From the NCBI GenBank assembly GCA_951406725.2, contig OX597817.1, forward strand, positions 125,860,001-125,924,000: 64,000 nt of DNA, given 5' to 3'. The translations under genes and the position numbers were made by a program. The DNA is from Octopus vulgaris. Lineage: Eukaryota. Shown in pieces: positions 26,244 through 41,628 of the stretch. Within the stretch, counting starts at the first letter, position 1; every line of letters starts with the position of its first letter. The notes beneath the pieces were generated by a model, which was not told the DNA's origin, searched no databases, and worked only from the letters and a program-made list of their open reading frames with translations.

Positions 26244-26559
26244 GACGTTGGACAAAAACTTGCAAAGTTCACCGGCAACGATACTAGTGTCAAACTGAAT
26301 CAGCATTAACGTTTCATTAGAGAGATCGGTAGTATGAGGGGGTACTTTACATGAAAATATCTATTTATCTTGAAAGAAAAAAATTGAGGAGATGTGCATA
26401 ATGGTATTACATATACTGGTAAAAGGTAAACCATAAAAGACGGTGATATCAGAAATTGTGAACTTTGTTGTTTACTGCCAAATGTCGTGACCATGAAGGC
26501 ATACAGTACAATTGGCTAGATATATGCTCTAAAAGATGAGGGCTTCGGAGCCTTAAATG

Positions 26560-26760
26560 TTAACGCAGAATAGTTAAAATGCCGGACAAATTGATAAACG
26601 ACATTTCGTCCGTTCTGAGTTCAAATGCTGCTGAAGTTGACTTTACATTTCCTCATTCAAGATCGACGAAATATGTACCAGTTGAGCACTGTAGTCGAAG
26701 AAATCGACAGTCACTCCATAAAATTGCAGGCACGTCTGCCTGCAATTGAAAGGGTTATTC
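26560..26760 (+). mobile_element. Meta-like tRNA SINE, diverged
   Basis: GCAGAATAGTTA..GCCGGAC..TTCTGAGTTCAAATGCTGCTGAAGTTGACTTTACATTTC..GTACCAGTTGAGCACTG. Confidence 0.8.
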
Positions 26761-27934
26761 CTGGGACAAGCCAATAAATGAAGCCTTATAAAAGTCATTA
26801 TCGGGACAAAAGACAGGAGGCCAACTTTCCCGCTTCCATATGAAACAATTACAATGTCAAATAAAAGATACAAGGATATATGGAAAATGTAGCCTTTTTT
26901 TATACGTAATGTCCTACAAAAGGACTTGCGAGTTACAACTGGAAAGCATTTGTTTATACAAATTCTCAATCAATGTAAATCAGGGATTAAATTATAAAAA
27001 AGAAAACAAATCAATATATATTTCGACGTGATATACAAATTATTAGAAAAATAAAATATCGATTTTGCTATTTAATTGAAATAGAAGGAATCGTTGTTCT
27101 CAATAATTTCAATATTAATGAATACAATGCATGCATGTCTGCAATTATTTCACAGGGAAAATATTTGAAAGCATTTACTATTTGTTTATTCTGAAGTTAG
27201 AAAATTCAGAGAACGAAGCATGTCTCGAGAGGTATCTATTAGAAGTATACCAAAGAATTTGGCGAAGTTTGTGTATAGAGATGACCGAATAATTACTGGG
27301 TTTTTTTTTTTACTTTTAATTAGAGAGAAAATTATTCATAGAAAATTATGAATAAAGATTGCCCACCCCTAAGGTCTAATAGATTGGTATTCAGAAGCAT
27401 AAATGAGTATACAGAGGATAAGAAGATAAATGTTTCGAGAGTTGAAAATTAATAATTTTCACATTCGTTCATCTTTAATAATCATGTTCGCGTTGTCTAT
27501 TTCATTGTGCTATTGATTCGCCTAGCGCTAAGGGGCAGATCCAGATCATTAAAACTATGCATCTCTCTCTCTCTTTCTCTCTTTGTGCCTTTCTGCCTGT
27601 TTCTCTCACACTCTCTCACTCTCTCTCTCTCTCCCTTACACATGTACAGATACGCAGCCATATACAGGCATATATATATGCACAGATGCATATAAACACG
27701 GTAAAATCAATCAGAAACAACACTTGAGTGTGGGTGAATATATCATATATGCCATCTGCATACAGTCATATATTTACATATATGATATATTATTCAGGTG
27801 TAGAGATGTTTTTGTGATTAAGATGTTCGATTCTAAGTCACTGCTTTCGGTTCGATCAAACGTTACACCTTACTCATAGTCATACAAACACACATAGATA
27901 CTCACTTACAAACACACATATATATATACTCCTT

Positions 27935-27971
<37 letters not shown>

Positions 27972-28021
27972 AAGCATCAGCAAATTAGGCAAGTTAATGG
28001 ACAAAAAATATTAAATACATT

Positions 28022-28354
28022 GCAGCGAGGAAAGTGTTTATAAGCCATTTAAGAAACTCACAAAACCGTTAGATTAACTTTAACATTTAAATTTAATTTG
28101 TCAATATTTTCGTCGCTTTCAGACTGCGACCTGTTCACTGACAAAATTCCGTGCAGTACGGAATTTTGTCAGTGAACAGGTCGCGGTCTCAAAGTGACGA
28201 AAATATTTTTACAAATTAAATTTAAATGTTAAAGTTAATCTAACAGTTTTGTGTGTTTCTTAAATGGCTTATAAACACCTTCCACGCTGCAATTGTTTTC
28301 GTTCCAGCACAGGATCTTAGATCAGCTCACTTGCTATGCAAGTACATCTCCGTA
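28022..28354. mobile_element. Young palindromic insertion (~135-bp arms plus ~60-bp 3' extension) with 12-bp TSD and paired variant hammerheads
   Basis: Near-perfect hairpin centred at ~28155. TSD ATTAAATACATT at 28010-28021 and 28355-28366. The opposite arm of the host element has only one copy of this site. Confidence 0.9.
28165..28215 (+). ncRNA. Variant type I hammerhead (G3-C8 core GUGAACA)
   Basis: TTTGTCA-GTGAACA-G-GTCGC-loop-GTGAC-GAAA-ATATT-T-TTACAAA. A mirror copy lies on the minus strand at 28097-28145. Confidence 0.65.
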
Positions 28355-30690
28355 ATTAAATACATTTAAAACAAAAAATGTACATAAATTTACATATAAA
28401 AAATGTCCGATTTACACAGAATAGAAATACTTTCAGGAATTAAATGGACTGCATAAGAGTTTTTCAATAGCTGTTTTTAGGATTTGGTGGTCCAAAATAA
28501 TGATTGTAAATTGATTCCATCATCAAATAATACCAACTTTCGTCTTCAGAAAAGAAGTTTACATTTGAGGTGTTGACAGATTTAAGATGGAATGATTTCG
28601 TGGAGAACTAAGTGTATGAGATGGAAGAGTTGGGAGATATTTAGATAAGGAGTAGTGGGAGGAGATTTTGAATTTCAGCATTAGGAGATATTAATGAGGT
28701 TAATGATAACAGTAGTGGTGGGAGCTGGGAGGGAGAGGGGATGGTGGTTTAGGTAGTATGCGAATAGTAACCTTTTTTGTTAGTTTGTATGAAGGCTATA
28801 GTGTTAAAGTTTGAGGTAAAGAATATGAGAATGACCACTGTTTGAGAGGGAGGTGGGATAGAGTAGGGTGAGTAGATTGTCAGATTAGTAGCTGATATTG
28901 GGACAAAGGAATTGGGCTGGCTGGTATTGGAGGTGGTGTTATGGTATGGGGAGTTGTATGAAATGTGTATGAAATTGAATAGAGGGTGTGAATAGGGAAG
29001 GGTAGAAGTAGATTGGTTAGTTTTAAAAGGAGTGGGTAGTGTTAAGTACTTTTGAAAGTGGGGAGAGTGGAGATGCTAAGAGGGAAGTGTGAAACAGTTG
29101 ATTTGAAGAATTCAGAAGAAATTGAAAAAGTATTAGAGAAGGAAAGTTTTTAAGTAGTAGGCTGCTAGGCTTACTTTGTCTTAGTCTAAGGTTTTTTGGG
29201 TAAGGATATTCAAAGTTATGGGATTACACAGATTTAGCAAGTGAAAGATGAGTAATACCTGTGTTTACAAGAATAAATTACAACATTGACCTATTAAGTA
29301 ATTACACAAATTTCCATACAATAAAACTCCTTTCCTATATCAACCCAATTAAATTTTCCCAATAACAACTAATATTTTGACAACCTACTCAGCCCCACTC
29401 TATCCCCCGCCACCTCCGCTCATTCCTCTCTACATGCCTTACTAATCTCCCAAAGCCACTGAACTATTTCCCTCAAATAATGGCCATTCCCATTTTCACT
29501 ACTTCAAAATTTAGCTCTATAGCCTTCATAAAAACTAACACAAATGTTGCCATTCACATACTACCTAAACCACCCTTCCCTCTTCCTCTCACCTTCCACC
29601 TTCAAATTTAGCCTCATTAATAACCCCTAACCCTGAAATTTATTTTCTCCTCTCACTACTCTCTATCTAAATACCTTCCAATTCCACCATCAAATACATT
29701 TAGTCCTCCACAAAATCATTCCATCTGTTAATCTCGTTTCTGTCAAGACCTCAAATGTTAAATTCCTGCTTAAAGACGGAGGTTAATATCCGATGATTGA
29801 ATCAATTTACAATCATTATTTTGGACCACCCCAGAAACTACTGTTGGACTTGTAAAACTCTCATACAACCACTTTTATCTGACATCATTTCTATTCTGTG
29901 TAAGTCAGACCTTTTTATATGTAAACTTGTAGGCTTTTTATATTAAACGCATTCAATATTTTCTGTATATCGACTAGCCTACTTTGCTTCTCTACTACCT
30001 ATTCAAGTCTAAATCTCTTAAATACATATACATATATGTATTTATACACACACATATATATGTATATACATGTATTGCCATATGTATATATGTGTATATA
30101 TATATATAAAATTGACATCCAAGGACCGAGGTGTAGGCGGTTAGTAAGTTTCGAGTAGCAAGTAGAAGGACAATTTTCAGGAACAATAGTGGTTTATTGG
30201 CGTAAAAGATTCCCATACCGAAGCTGAAAAATGTTAATGTATAGTTCAAAATTTAGGGAATGGAGTAGGTAAAATCCAGGTTACATATGTTTCCTAGTAT
30301 CCAGAACCTCCGAAGCAGTGAATACTGAACGAGGGGTAAGGCGCTAGCAACTCATCAGGCTACAGACCCCTTAATGAAATGAAGGTTAATTGTCGTCAAG
30401 GAACCCCAATGTAAGTCGCAGAGATTTGCCAGAAAATCGATGGGAAGACAGAGTGAGAGAACAAAAAGGAAAGCATATGTGTGAAGAAATGACATATGGT
30501 AGGGGGTAAATGTCTAAAGTCGTTAAGGAAAAGAATAAGAATAAAGAAAAGGATAGGCGGAAGAGTAAAGGAAATTTGGTAGCATTGAAGCTGGCTACGG
30601 GAAGGTCTTTGAGAATTTAGGCTTGGGTCATTTACTATGTCTACTGTGAAATAAATAAGTAAATAAATATATTTTGGAACCCTGTAAATA

Positions 30691-32080
30691 TCTATATTTA
30701 TAAAATTGAGTTTGTGTGTCTGTGTCTCTTTGTTAACCATACCCACGCCTTAGTTGCTACGTATGGTGTTACTTAAGTGGTAGAGACAACATTGCGTGCA
30801 TCATCACTTTTTTGTGCGACTACTCTCCCTATTGACACTCTTTTGTCGCACTTAATTAAGCAAAGGTCATCTTTTGTTGGGGCTCAGTTCACTACTACGT
30901 TACAAACTTCCGTTGCCAAATTTTATTCAAACATACTAACGCTAAACCACTCCATTTGGAGCACTAATTTTTTAGTTCTTGCCAAGTCCAATGTTTAAAA
31001 TTGTGCATCCAAATCCATTCTTAGACACTGTTCATTCCTAGGCGGGGATCATTGCGTTTCCGCGTTGAAAAACACTTCAAGGTTTTGAAATCCATTTACT
31101 GACTGCAATACCGTATATCCTTTGAAACTTCGACAATGAAGATACTGCGTTTTTGCTTACTGCATTCAAAGTGCTTCGAAGTCAGGGCAATATTTGAACT
31201 CAGTTAATGCAGTCAACCCATGTACCGATTTACATTGCACTAAGCTCGATACACTGTGTATGGAATCGGCAAAAAATTGCAGTATTTATACGTTGCCGTT
31301 TCATGGGACTTCCAATAGCTTCTTCCAATAATCAACTTTAGGTTAGACGCGGTGGTAAGACCGCTACTAAAACATTACTTTCGACTGCTACGGCGCCCGT
31401 GTTACCGTCAAACGTTCTATAGCGGGGGCAGGCCTCTTTCAGGCTTCTGATGTATGTCTTATCTTCCATTGCCATCTTTTCCCTGAGGAAACCCTGGGCT
31501 ACATTATATTACAGAATTACGCATTTCACATCGCAGGAAAATGCAGACCGGCGTTAACGGGTTACCGTTGACGGGTCAGCCACTTATTGCAGTTCGACCG
31601 AGACAAGATCTCCATTGCTTACCCACCCTTCTCGTGACCTCGGGCAATTGGCCATCCCCTTACGCACGTGTTCATGTGTCCCCTGCGGGTTATTTGACTT
31701 ACGTGATCGATTTTCCTGTCGCAACGGCCTGTCCATTCGCTCCTACAAGCAAGCAACCTTCTCGAAAACTTTCTTAGAAGTCCTCCTCGATAGGAGAGTG
31801 TAGTGAATCCCACATTTCAGAAACACATACAACCACTCGATTACTCTGCCTTACACCTATTTTCCTCACAAGCTTCACAAGACGCTGTTCGAGCGCCCGA
31901 GAGTGAAGACCAGCGCGCTAATCGCAGATCTTGAAATGCTGCCACAACGGCTGCCACCCGCGCTGCTGAAACGGAGGAACAGCATAGCCTGTGTCTGCTT
32001 CGAAGCGCCAAAGCGACTACTGCTACCAGGCTAATGCGACAGAATGCTTATCACTTAACTCAGCACTTTGTATAATTCAA
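30691..32080 (+). mobile_element. Helitron 5' portion with an internal 3'-end-like hairpin and decayed STPR-repeat coding sequence
   Basis: A|TCTATATTTATAAAATTGAG start; hairpin GTTAACGG-GTTA-CCGTTGAC followed by CCACTTA (~31553-31586); 23-aa periodic frame at 31890-32030. Confidence 0.7.
31890..32030 (+). pseudogene. STPR-like 23-aa repeats of a Helitron RepHel N-terminus
   Basis: RAPESEDQRANRRS*NAATTAAT / RAAETEEQHSLCLLRSAKATTAT / R, an exact 23-residue period. The TGA at 31932 is consistent with CGA decay. Confidence 0.7.
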
Positions 32081-32116
32081 TATTTAAATGGTTTCGTTTA
32101 TTCAAACAATTAGAGA

Positions 32117-32393
32117 ATTTACATTATTTACAATTGACGGATATTTGTCCTCATCTTGTTTGTTGTTAACACAGCGTTTCGGCTGAAATACCCTCCAGCC
32201 TTCATCAGGTGTCTTGGGGAAATGACGAACCTGCGTTCTCATTAATAAGTATTTTTCGATGTTGTTGTTGTTGTTCTTCTTCTTCTTCTTCTTCTTCTTA
32301 TTATTATTATCATGATTATTCAGGTCACTGACTGGAATCGAACTCGGAATGTTGGAGTTAGTAGTTCGCGCTCTTAACCACTACGCCATATGC
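32117..32393 (-). mobile_element. tRNA-headed SINE-like element with an internal microsatellite and a 3' hammerhead
   Basis: Minus strand A box TGGCGTAGTGG and B box GAGTTCGATTCC, an (AAT)(AAG)(AAC) spacer, then GACAC-CTGATGA-A-GGCTG..CAGCC-GAAA-CG-CT-GTGTT. Confidence 0.85.
32168..32213 (-). ncRNA. Minimal type I hammerhead (U16.1 mutated to C in this copy)
   Basis: Stem I GACAC/GTGTT, perfect 5-bp stem II GGCTG/CAGCC, CUGAUGA and GAAA intact. Stem III reads ACGC rather than the palindromic ACGU. Confidence 0.75.
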
Positions 32394-33886
32394 TGATCAC
32401 CGGATAGCAACTGATGGGAATATTTAACAGCGTGATATTTTTTCCTTCTCTTCCATTATCTGCTCTGGCTCGCTGATTGACATGTAATTGAAGTTTAATG
32501 ATTGGCATTCAGGAAGTCCATTGTCGACGATACGTATTACAGAAAAATCACGCATCTGTAATATGGAGCATCGAAATCAAGAAAGATCTATTTATAGAAA
32601 GATTAAAAAAGAAAGATGGATGGAAAGAAAGTAAATTTTGAAAAAGACAGGTATACAGACAGTGATTTGTTGTTATTCCTCTATGTTGCAATATCAGATC
32701 AGCTTTCATGAACTATGATTTTTATATCGTAGGGATTATCTAAGTTTCTCTGCCAAGCATATATCTAATCTTTAGGTCAGCTTCATAAGAATATTCAGTG
32801 GTATTGCTGCACTGACATACACTTAAAGAAAAATCAAATTAAAACCATTAAGCAAGCATCTTCCTCTGCCAATATGTTTTAATAGAGATTGTTTTATCAA
32901 TATTTCGCTTTTCGTCTTTTTTTTATTTCGGTGCTATCATCAAAGAATTATCGTTTTGCTAAAACGAAAAAATGCAAAATAGGCAGAAAAGGAAATAATG
33001 GTGATGAATAAATAAATGAAAGAAGAATTTTGTAAATATAATAAGTTGCGGTAAAAAAGGAAAACAAAAGTTACTGAAATTAAATAACACAAACAGGTTT
33101 AACGAATTAAAATAACTGGTGGATAAAAAAATCAACAGTAGGAAATGCAGTGAAAGAGAAAGAGACAGAATGAGAGAGGGAAAGTAATAAGCAAAGTACA
33201 AGAGAAAGGTGCGGTAGAGATTTGGGTGTGGGGATAGTGTGAGTGCATGAGTGTGTTAGAGAGAATGTGAAATATCAAAATATAATTTACTGCAAGGCTG
33301 CTTGGTCATGTTGCTGTCACTTCAATAAAAGATTTTCAAATTTAAATGCATTGTATTTGCTTAATCTAATTGGAAAATCAATTTTGATTCTTGCTTCACT
33401 CACTTCAGTTCCGAAAGGTAAAGATTATTCACTAAATTATTCCAGTAATTGCCAAATCAGCTGCAAACATAAATTCTGCAGAATGCACACATCAGAGAAA
33501 AATTTTCCCATCCAGCCATTGTGAAATAAATTCTCCGATTATTCTTGTGGTAATTATAAATTGACGTATCATTCATTAACCTCCGCAAAAAATATAAATA
33601 AGAAAGAATAACGCTGCAATATGAAGTTTATAGTTAAAGCGCCTCATAATTACTTTGTTCCTTTATTTATATATTTAAATCTTTATAATCTTTGTTTATT
33701 TTATTTCTTTTAAGCTATATTCCCCTTTAAAAAATGGTTTTCCCCGTATTTCTCAAATAAAACAATGAATGATTGTTGAATATACAAAAGCATGTTATTA
33801 CTTGGAATCTTGTTGCATGGAGGCTTGGAAATAGATAAGATTGCAGAATAGATATTTAAATAAGACAGCAATACAAAATCAAAAAG

Positions 33887-33955
33887 TAAAAAGCAAAAGA
33901 CAAGCGAAAGAAAATAAAAAAGCAAAAGACAAGCGAAAGAAAATAAAAAGCAAAA
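33887..33955 (+). repeat. 29-bp tandem duplication (~2.3 copies)
   Basis: AAAAGCAAAAGACAAGCGAAAGAAAATAA repeated. Confidence 0.85.
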
Positions 33956-34721
33956 TTAAAATAGAAATTCAATTAATTTGACATTCAATTAAATAGGAAG
34001 ATATAAATTATAAAATCAAACCTTGAATGTGAAATAAAAAAAAAATAGAGACATATTTTAAAATTAATACCTGAAATGTTACTAAGCTATATTTAATATA
34101 TTTACAGAGAGGATGTGAACAGGGATGTAGAAAGTCGGAGTTGTTCCTTTGTATGTTATTTCATTACCTCACATTTTTTAACATGAGTTCAAAACCGTGC
34201 TGCTACTAGCTTAATCTTATTTTTCAATGCAAGCATTTGAATAAGTAAATGTTATTACAGCGGTGAGGGTTTTAGCAAATGTGACCGCACTAAAACATAT
34301 TTTTCTGCCAGAAGCAGAAATCAATGTTTCCATATGAAATGCCCGGCTGCATTTAGTCACATGATTACATGCTTACTCTATCAAATTCTCTCAACGGCGT
34401 GGTTTGAACACAAAACGTAATGCACAGCAATAACTACCGGAAGGAATTTCTTCTCATACCCTACCGATACACTCATTTCTTTTCCCTGTGTTTCTGATTT
34501 AGGCACAAGTAAACAACTGCTGAAAGATTGCGACTAACTAGTACAGTGGATCGCAGTACTTCAGAACTTTGTCGATTCCAGAGAAAGGACACCAAAGATG
34601 ACGACAGCAGAATTTAAAGATGACAAAGAAAGCTCAATGCTGTACACTTTCAGAAGATTGGAACCCCAATCAGACCATCGATGACAGTTCCCAACCGGTT
34701 TGAGCAAAATTTTAAAATCTG

Positions 34722-35150
34722 CACAACACAGTTATATTCCGAAAAGTATTCGATTCCTTTCTTTAAATGTTTTTTCGGCTGCACTTTTCTCCTCAACTCA
34801 TAACAAACTAGGAATTCATCACTTCTGCTACTACTTGCGAAAGATTTCTGCCAAGTGATCTGAAGTCAATCTAGCATGCATTAGTAAACTTCTCAGATTG
34901 ACCATCGAAACCAGACGATTTTTATACCTTGTAGCTTGCCATCGCTTCCCGTAATTCCCCGATTGTTGACTGCTTTTCGCAAGACATCATTTCTCTGGTT
35001 GTATTTGATCATCAAGGAATCCTACTGAATATTTTCCGCCTTCCAACTCGCTAGCTATTGACAATAGTCGAGGAAAAATTCTGCAAGAAAACCGGACGCA
35101 TTTCCATTTCCGAAATACTTGCAATCTCGAGTTTTACGAGGTTATACAAT
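34722..35150 (-). pseudogene. Decayed mariner transposase C-terminus and right end
   Basis: Frameshifted reading ..VWFDGQSEKF....ITWQKS.. resembles the mariner C-terminal W..Q...FY..G...L..RW.K pattern, with a TIR-like end near 34730. Confidence 0.4.
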
Positions 35151-35156
35151 CAGTTG

Positions 35157-35169
35157 TTATTATTATTAA

Positions 35170-35236
<67 letters not shown>

Positions 35237-35240
35237 GTTA
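35157..35240 (+). repeat. (TTA)n microsatellite at the 3' junction of an R4/Dong element
   Basis: Read directly from the sequence. Confidence 0.95.
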
Positions 35241-38920
<3,680 letters not shown>

Positions 38921-41122
38921 CATCAGCAGCACGTTTTACTTCTCACGGCTCTCAATATTACTTGCTCTGATTAATCCTGTGGGAGCGGATAGCATCCTGT
39001 TGTCAAAGGACTAACAAGATCTATCTATCTAAATTATAAGTCTAGATACTTAGGCGTCAAGTTTTATGGAAGATACACCCAGTTACCAATATTAAAATCC
39101 TAGTTATCCTCAACAGAGCAGCTTTGGAGTCATGCATTTCCTTATGTGAATTTCAATTTCTCCGACATATTTCTCGAAGTTGGTTATTTGTGTTCCGAAC
39201 TAAAACTACAATGGATTTGGTCCAATATTCTACCAGTCCACCGTTGACATTTTCAGTGTTTGAACTCAAAGCACAAGGAGCTGAAGCCAATAAGTATTTC
39301 AATGAAGGTGATAAGACATTAATACCAGTACTAACGATTTTGCTATCCGTTTTCTTTATTCATGTTATTGTAGCTGTATTATCGACGTTGGTGAGAAATA
39401 AATAGTGTTGATGATGGTATTAATATTGATATTGATAATGTCAATGGATAACGGAGGTAGTTATTGAGGACGATGAAAATCATATTTCTGATAAGGGTAT
39501 TTATTATCACTAATGTTATTTATATTCAAATATAGATGATAGTTAAGATGACGATAATTTTAATGATGGAAAAAAATGATGGTGATGATGAGGAAGAGGG
39601 AGGAGTTTGCGTTGCTGGCGATTGAAATGATAATAACAAGAACACAACAATGATAATGCTTCCGTTGATGATAATTCTCTTTTTGGAGGTGTTTATTCTG
39701 ATAGATATGATGATTATTTTAAGGTTGAGAAAATGAGTAATGTTGAAGATCCTAAAGATGATAATGATGATGAGGGCATCACCATATTGTTTATCATCAT
39801 AGGATTAATCAGGATGTTGCTGAAGTGGTAGTGAAGGCTTTGGTGGTAAAGGTATTGTGGTTTAGGGTTTGGGATTACTCATAACAAAGGTGATGGGAAA
39901 GGCACTGGTGTTGGCGGTTGCGGTGTTGGAAATAAAGTAATTAAATTTAATTCAACATAATTTATTGTCATTGTAATTTTTATAGCGACAATGAAGTGCT
40001 TGTTATCAACATTCTGTGGATCGAATTGTGTGAAAAGATAAGATAGCCGAATAAATATTAAAATAACAATGATGATGATGATGACGATGGCAGCGGTCGC
40101 TATGGTGGTGGTGATATTTATGATGGTGGCAGTTGTCGTCGCCATGATTATGATGAGATCCAGTTCTAAAACATTCAAAGGGAACATATAGAATTGAGGG
40201 AGGAAATTGTAGTTAAGTACTTCAAACATGAAATTAATAAAAGTAAAAGAAAAAAAAATGAGAAAAAAAGAAAAAGTAAAAATCTAATGGAAGAGTAGAA
40301 GTGGTTGGTGGGAAAATATATAATGATGATTATGGTGGGGAGGGATAGATTTCTTTACATCAAAAAATGCATACAACATGTTTGGGCATATTTCTGTAGA
40401 AGTTCCCAAATATAAAAGAAAAGGATGTTAAAGGAAAACAACAATGTTTGTTTTTATTTATATTAATTTTTTTGCTGATCGAGGTTTGGAGGTGGGATAA
40501 ATTCAATATTGTCAAACACTTCAGCTATTGACATAAACACGAATTACCAAAAATCGAAGTAGAAAGTTAGAAATCACTGTAGTTATTACAAGTACATTTA
40601 CTATTTTAAACCTTTCACATGAAAAGGATATTTCATACACATACACGTATGTTTAATTATTGCTAAGCCAAACATTATGTTGATAGCTAGCTAAAATTTT
40701 ATTTAAACTTTAGTTTAAGCTTTATAAACCCTGTCGGTATTACAATTAATATTTCATTTATTTTTTGTCCACCCTGGGATTCAATTTCTATTCAAGCAGA
40801 AATTGCTAGAGCTTTCTATCACTCGTTTTAAGTTTTAAGTTTTTTTTTATTAATATTGGTTTTCGATATTTCTCTTTACGTGTTTATCAGATCCCTATTT
40901 AGCAATGCAGTATCAGAAGTAGTGAAGTTGTGTGAGGTATGTATATTTTATTTTATCATATTGATTAATTATGCATTACTTTTTACCCATTCTATTTATA
41001 AATAATGTCCAAATGTCAACAATTCTTTTGAGTTGGCATTGCTTAAAGGAGAAAGGATTTTTGTTGGTGGAAAATTATATTCAAATATTTCTACATGCAC
41101 TGTTCACAAATGTTTTTATTAG

Positions 41123-41183
<61 letters not shown>

Positions 41184-41241
41184 TAATAATAGCAATAATG
41201 ATATAACAACATCAATAATAATAATACTAATAATAATGAAA

Positions 41242-41291
<50 letters not shown>

Positions 41292-41311
41292 AATAATAAT
41301 AATAATAATAA
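41123..41311 (+). repeat. (AAT)n/(ATG)n compound microsatellite
   Basis: Read directly from the sequence; it explains the poly-N/M/I ORFs. Confidence 0.95.
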
Positions 41312-41582
41312 TTCTTAAGAACACTATGAATGGAAGTGATATGACTGAAATTAAATAGTTCTCAACTAAAATAGATCACAGGGATCTGCATTATCTGATA
41401 AATATGAATACGCCTATATACATTCTCAAACATGCATAAAGTAGTGCAGATATATAGACACACATTCACAAACATACACTCATGCATAGACTTACATATA
41501 TATAAAATATAACAGTCAACTGTGGCATACAAATATATATCTATGTGTATGTATTCATAGATACATGTATGTATATACGGAC

Positions 41583-41628
<46 letters not shown>

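Larger units (their letters stand above)
27978..29990. mobile_element. Large old inverted-repeat element (~550-600-bp arms), Penelope-like
   Basis: The purine-rich left arm (27978-28021 plus 28367-~28900) is an inverted, diverged copy of the pyrimidine-rich right arm (~29350-29990), e.g. GGTGGTCCAAAATAATGATTGTAAATTGATTC vs GAATCAATTTACAATCATTATTTTGGACCACC. Confidence 0.8.

Noticed and set aside
32320-32393. tRNA gene
   Set aside because: A and B boxes are present but the acceptor stem is poor and no oligo-T terminator follows; it is the head of the SINE-like element.
39400-40150. Asp/Glu/Gly-rich stretch resembling an acidic protein exon
   Set aside because: Decayed (GAT)/(GGT) repeats with stops and no convincing splice sites.
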